Below, in pieces: positions 62,554-64,000 of a stretch of 64,000 nt of DNA; the stretch's first letter is position 1; each line of letters opens with the position of its first letter. A program made the translations under genes and the position numbers. The notes beneath the pieces are model-generated. The model saw only the letters and a list, made by a program, of their open reading frames with translations, made no database searches and was not told the DNA's origin. This stretch comes from Octopus sinensis (Eukaryota), in NCBI RefSeq assembly GCF_006345805.1, contig NC_043006.1, forward strand, positions 68,696,001 to 68,760,000, in the 5' to 3' direction.

Positions 62554-62770
62554 AATGAGGTAATCAGATCGGATGGTCATATTATAGATATTTATTTATA
62601 TATTACATTTTTACATATATATCATATCATTCAGATCATATCATTCGGATTAGCGCTTTCTCCCAATCGAGTGGGCTTTTCAAATCAAATCCAAACCTTC
62701 CAATATATATATATATATATACTATATCTATATATATATATATATACTATATATATTATATATAATAGTA

Positions 62771-63170
62771 TACAAGGTGTTCTGGCTAAATTTGATGATC
62801 TTTCTGTAACTCATTTTTTCAGGGACAGATTGATGTAGTGGCGAATAGTACTGCGATGGAAAACAAACAAGTTGTTGTTGAAAAAAAGTTATCTGACATG
62901 GAGGACTGCAAACCATATGAATATTGGAAAAGAGTTACCTGTATCTTAATAACTCGGGTGTGAAAATGTCAACATCATGACTGTTGCTCAGTGCTCTGTG
63001 AACTCTGCAAAGGATTTAAGACGTGACATGGACAGCGGCAACGGAGAATAAAAAGCCGTGGCCAACAGGAAGGGACACAACAGGCGTACTGAGTCCGCCC
63101 GTACATCGGAGTTCATTCAACAACCGATGAACAGGGTCTTAGGCTCAATTCAGACGACATGTTGCAGGTT
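62771..63170 (+). mobile_element. Tc1/mariner superfamily fragment (maT/DD37D-like 5' part)
   Basis: End tacaaggtgttctggctaaa; AVANRKGHNRRTESARTSEFIQQ resembles the KRK.H..RSD..RTPEFVQ motif of DD37D transposases. Confidence 0.55.
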
Positions 63171-63279
63171 CCGGAGCCCTCTTGAGGTCGCGGTGGCTAC
63201 TCTAAGTAAACTGTTATTTCCTAACCACAGTTTAATGGATAGGTTTTAATTGTTTTTAAGATACTTTTATTTTTTTGGA

Positions 63280-63840
63280 CTAGCACTATGACCCGGCGTT
63301 GCTGGGTCTAGTGTTACTCAAGCATATTTGGTCTTTCGTGAAAAACCCACTCTCTTGTCAGTCACTTGGTCTAACTCGTTAATTATTCCCTGCATTTCTC
63401 AAATCAAAAAAGCGTGCACGCTTGAAAGCCAAAACACATGATAACGCGTCTTCACAAAACAGAAAAATGTGCTGAGTCATACAGACTGTCTGCAAATGCG
63501 CACGCGCATTCAACTGTCAAGGATAAAATTATCTCCATCCAATCAAAAAACAGATGGCAGTCTATTGGCGTATCTAGCTGTATGCATGCACGGCGTACAC
63601 ATTTCTGTTTTACCGATTTTGAATGGCTATGTCCATAACCTATGGGCATAAGGGGTCGGTTTATCGATTTTTAAATGGCTTTCTTGGGTGACTGGGGAAA
63701 TGAAAAGATCTTCACAACTACTCTCAGACAGTTTTGAAAGCCCATAGAAAATGCGAGCCTTTTACGTGAAAAACTGTGGATTTGTATAAAGGACACACAG
63801 ACACATAGATACACAGACATTTTGCCGTTTATAGATATAA
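63280..63840 (-). mobile_element. Helitron-like non-autonomous element
   Basis: Minus strand starts ctataaacggcaaaatgtctgtg and ends cccagcaacgccgggtcatagtgCTAG|T; same end design as 39792-40170. Confidence 0.65.
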
Positions 63841-64000
63841 AGATTTATAATTTTTGTTCTCTTTTCCTTTTATGCAAACTGTCTAATTTACACCGAAACA
63901 CCTTATGTGTGTGAGCGTGTGTATGTGTGTATGTATGTATGTGTGTGTGTGTGTGTCTGTGTGTGTGCGTGCGTGTAAAATGGTCGGCCCGGCGCCTATA

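Overview
AT-rich, microsatellite-dense animal DNA, almost entirely transposable-element debris. The SINE/LINE families look like those of octopod cephalopods (my recognition, not a database result). I cannot support any host protein-coding gene: nearly all ORF-track entries are microsatellite read-throughs or TE fragments. Recognisable content: (1) a near full-length CR1-group LINE (~49.63-54.17 kb) nested inside a mariner transposon, with a putative ORF1 combining a Myb/SANT-like N-terminus and CCCH zinc fingers, and an ORF2 broken mainly by 1-nt deletions; (2) five R4/Dong-type LINE 3' ends stacked in TAA/TAC/TGA microsatellites (55.3-59.5 kb); (3) many RTE LINE fragments, four mariner relics, a maT-like fragment, and hAT, piggyBac-like and Helitron-like non-autonomous elements; (4) at least three tRNA-derived SINE groups with interchangeable 3' tails; (5) Penelope-like element (PLE) remnants and several type I hammerhead ribozyme motifs, including a family with a fixed A6U core variant and a tRNA-headed, hammerhead-carrying element present as an inverted dimer. 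CpG is visibly decayed at ~1-6.5 kb and ~10-24 kb but retained at ~7-8.4 kb and mostly beyond ~24.5 kb. This suggests methylated gene bodies on either side of a promoter-like island, with candidate minus-strand 5' exons at 7.2-7.4 kb. All alignments and folds were done by eye, and many TE boundaries are approximate (tens of bp).
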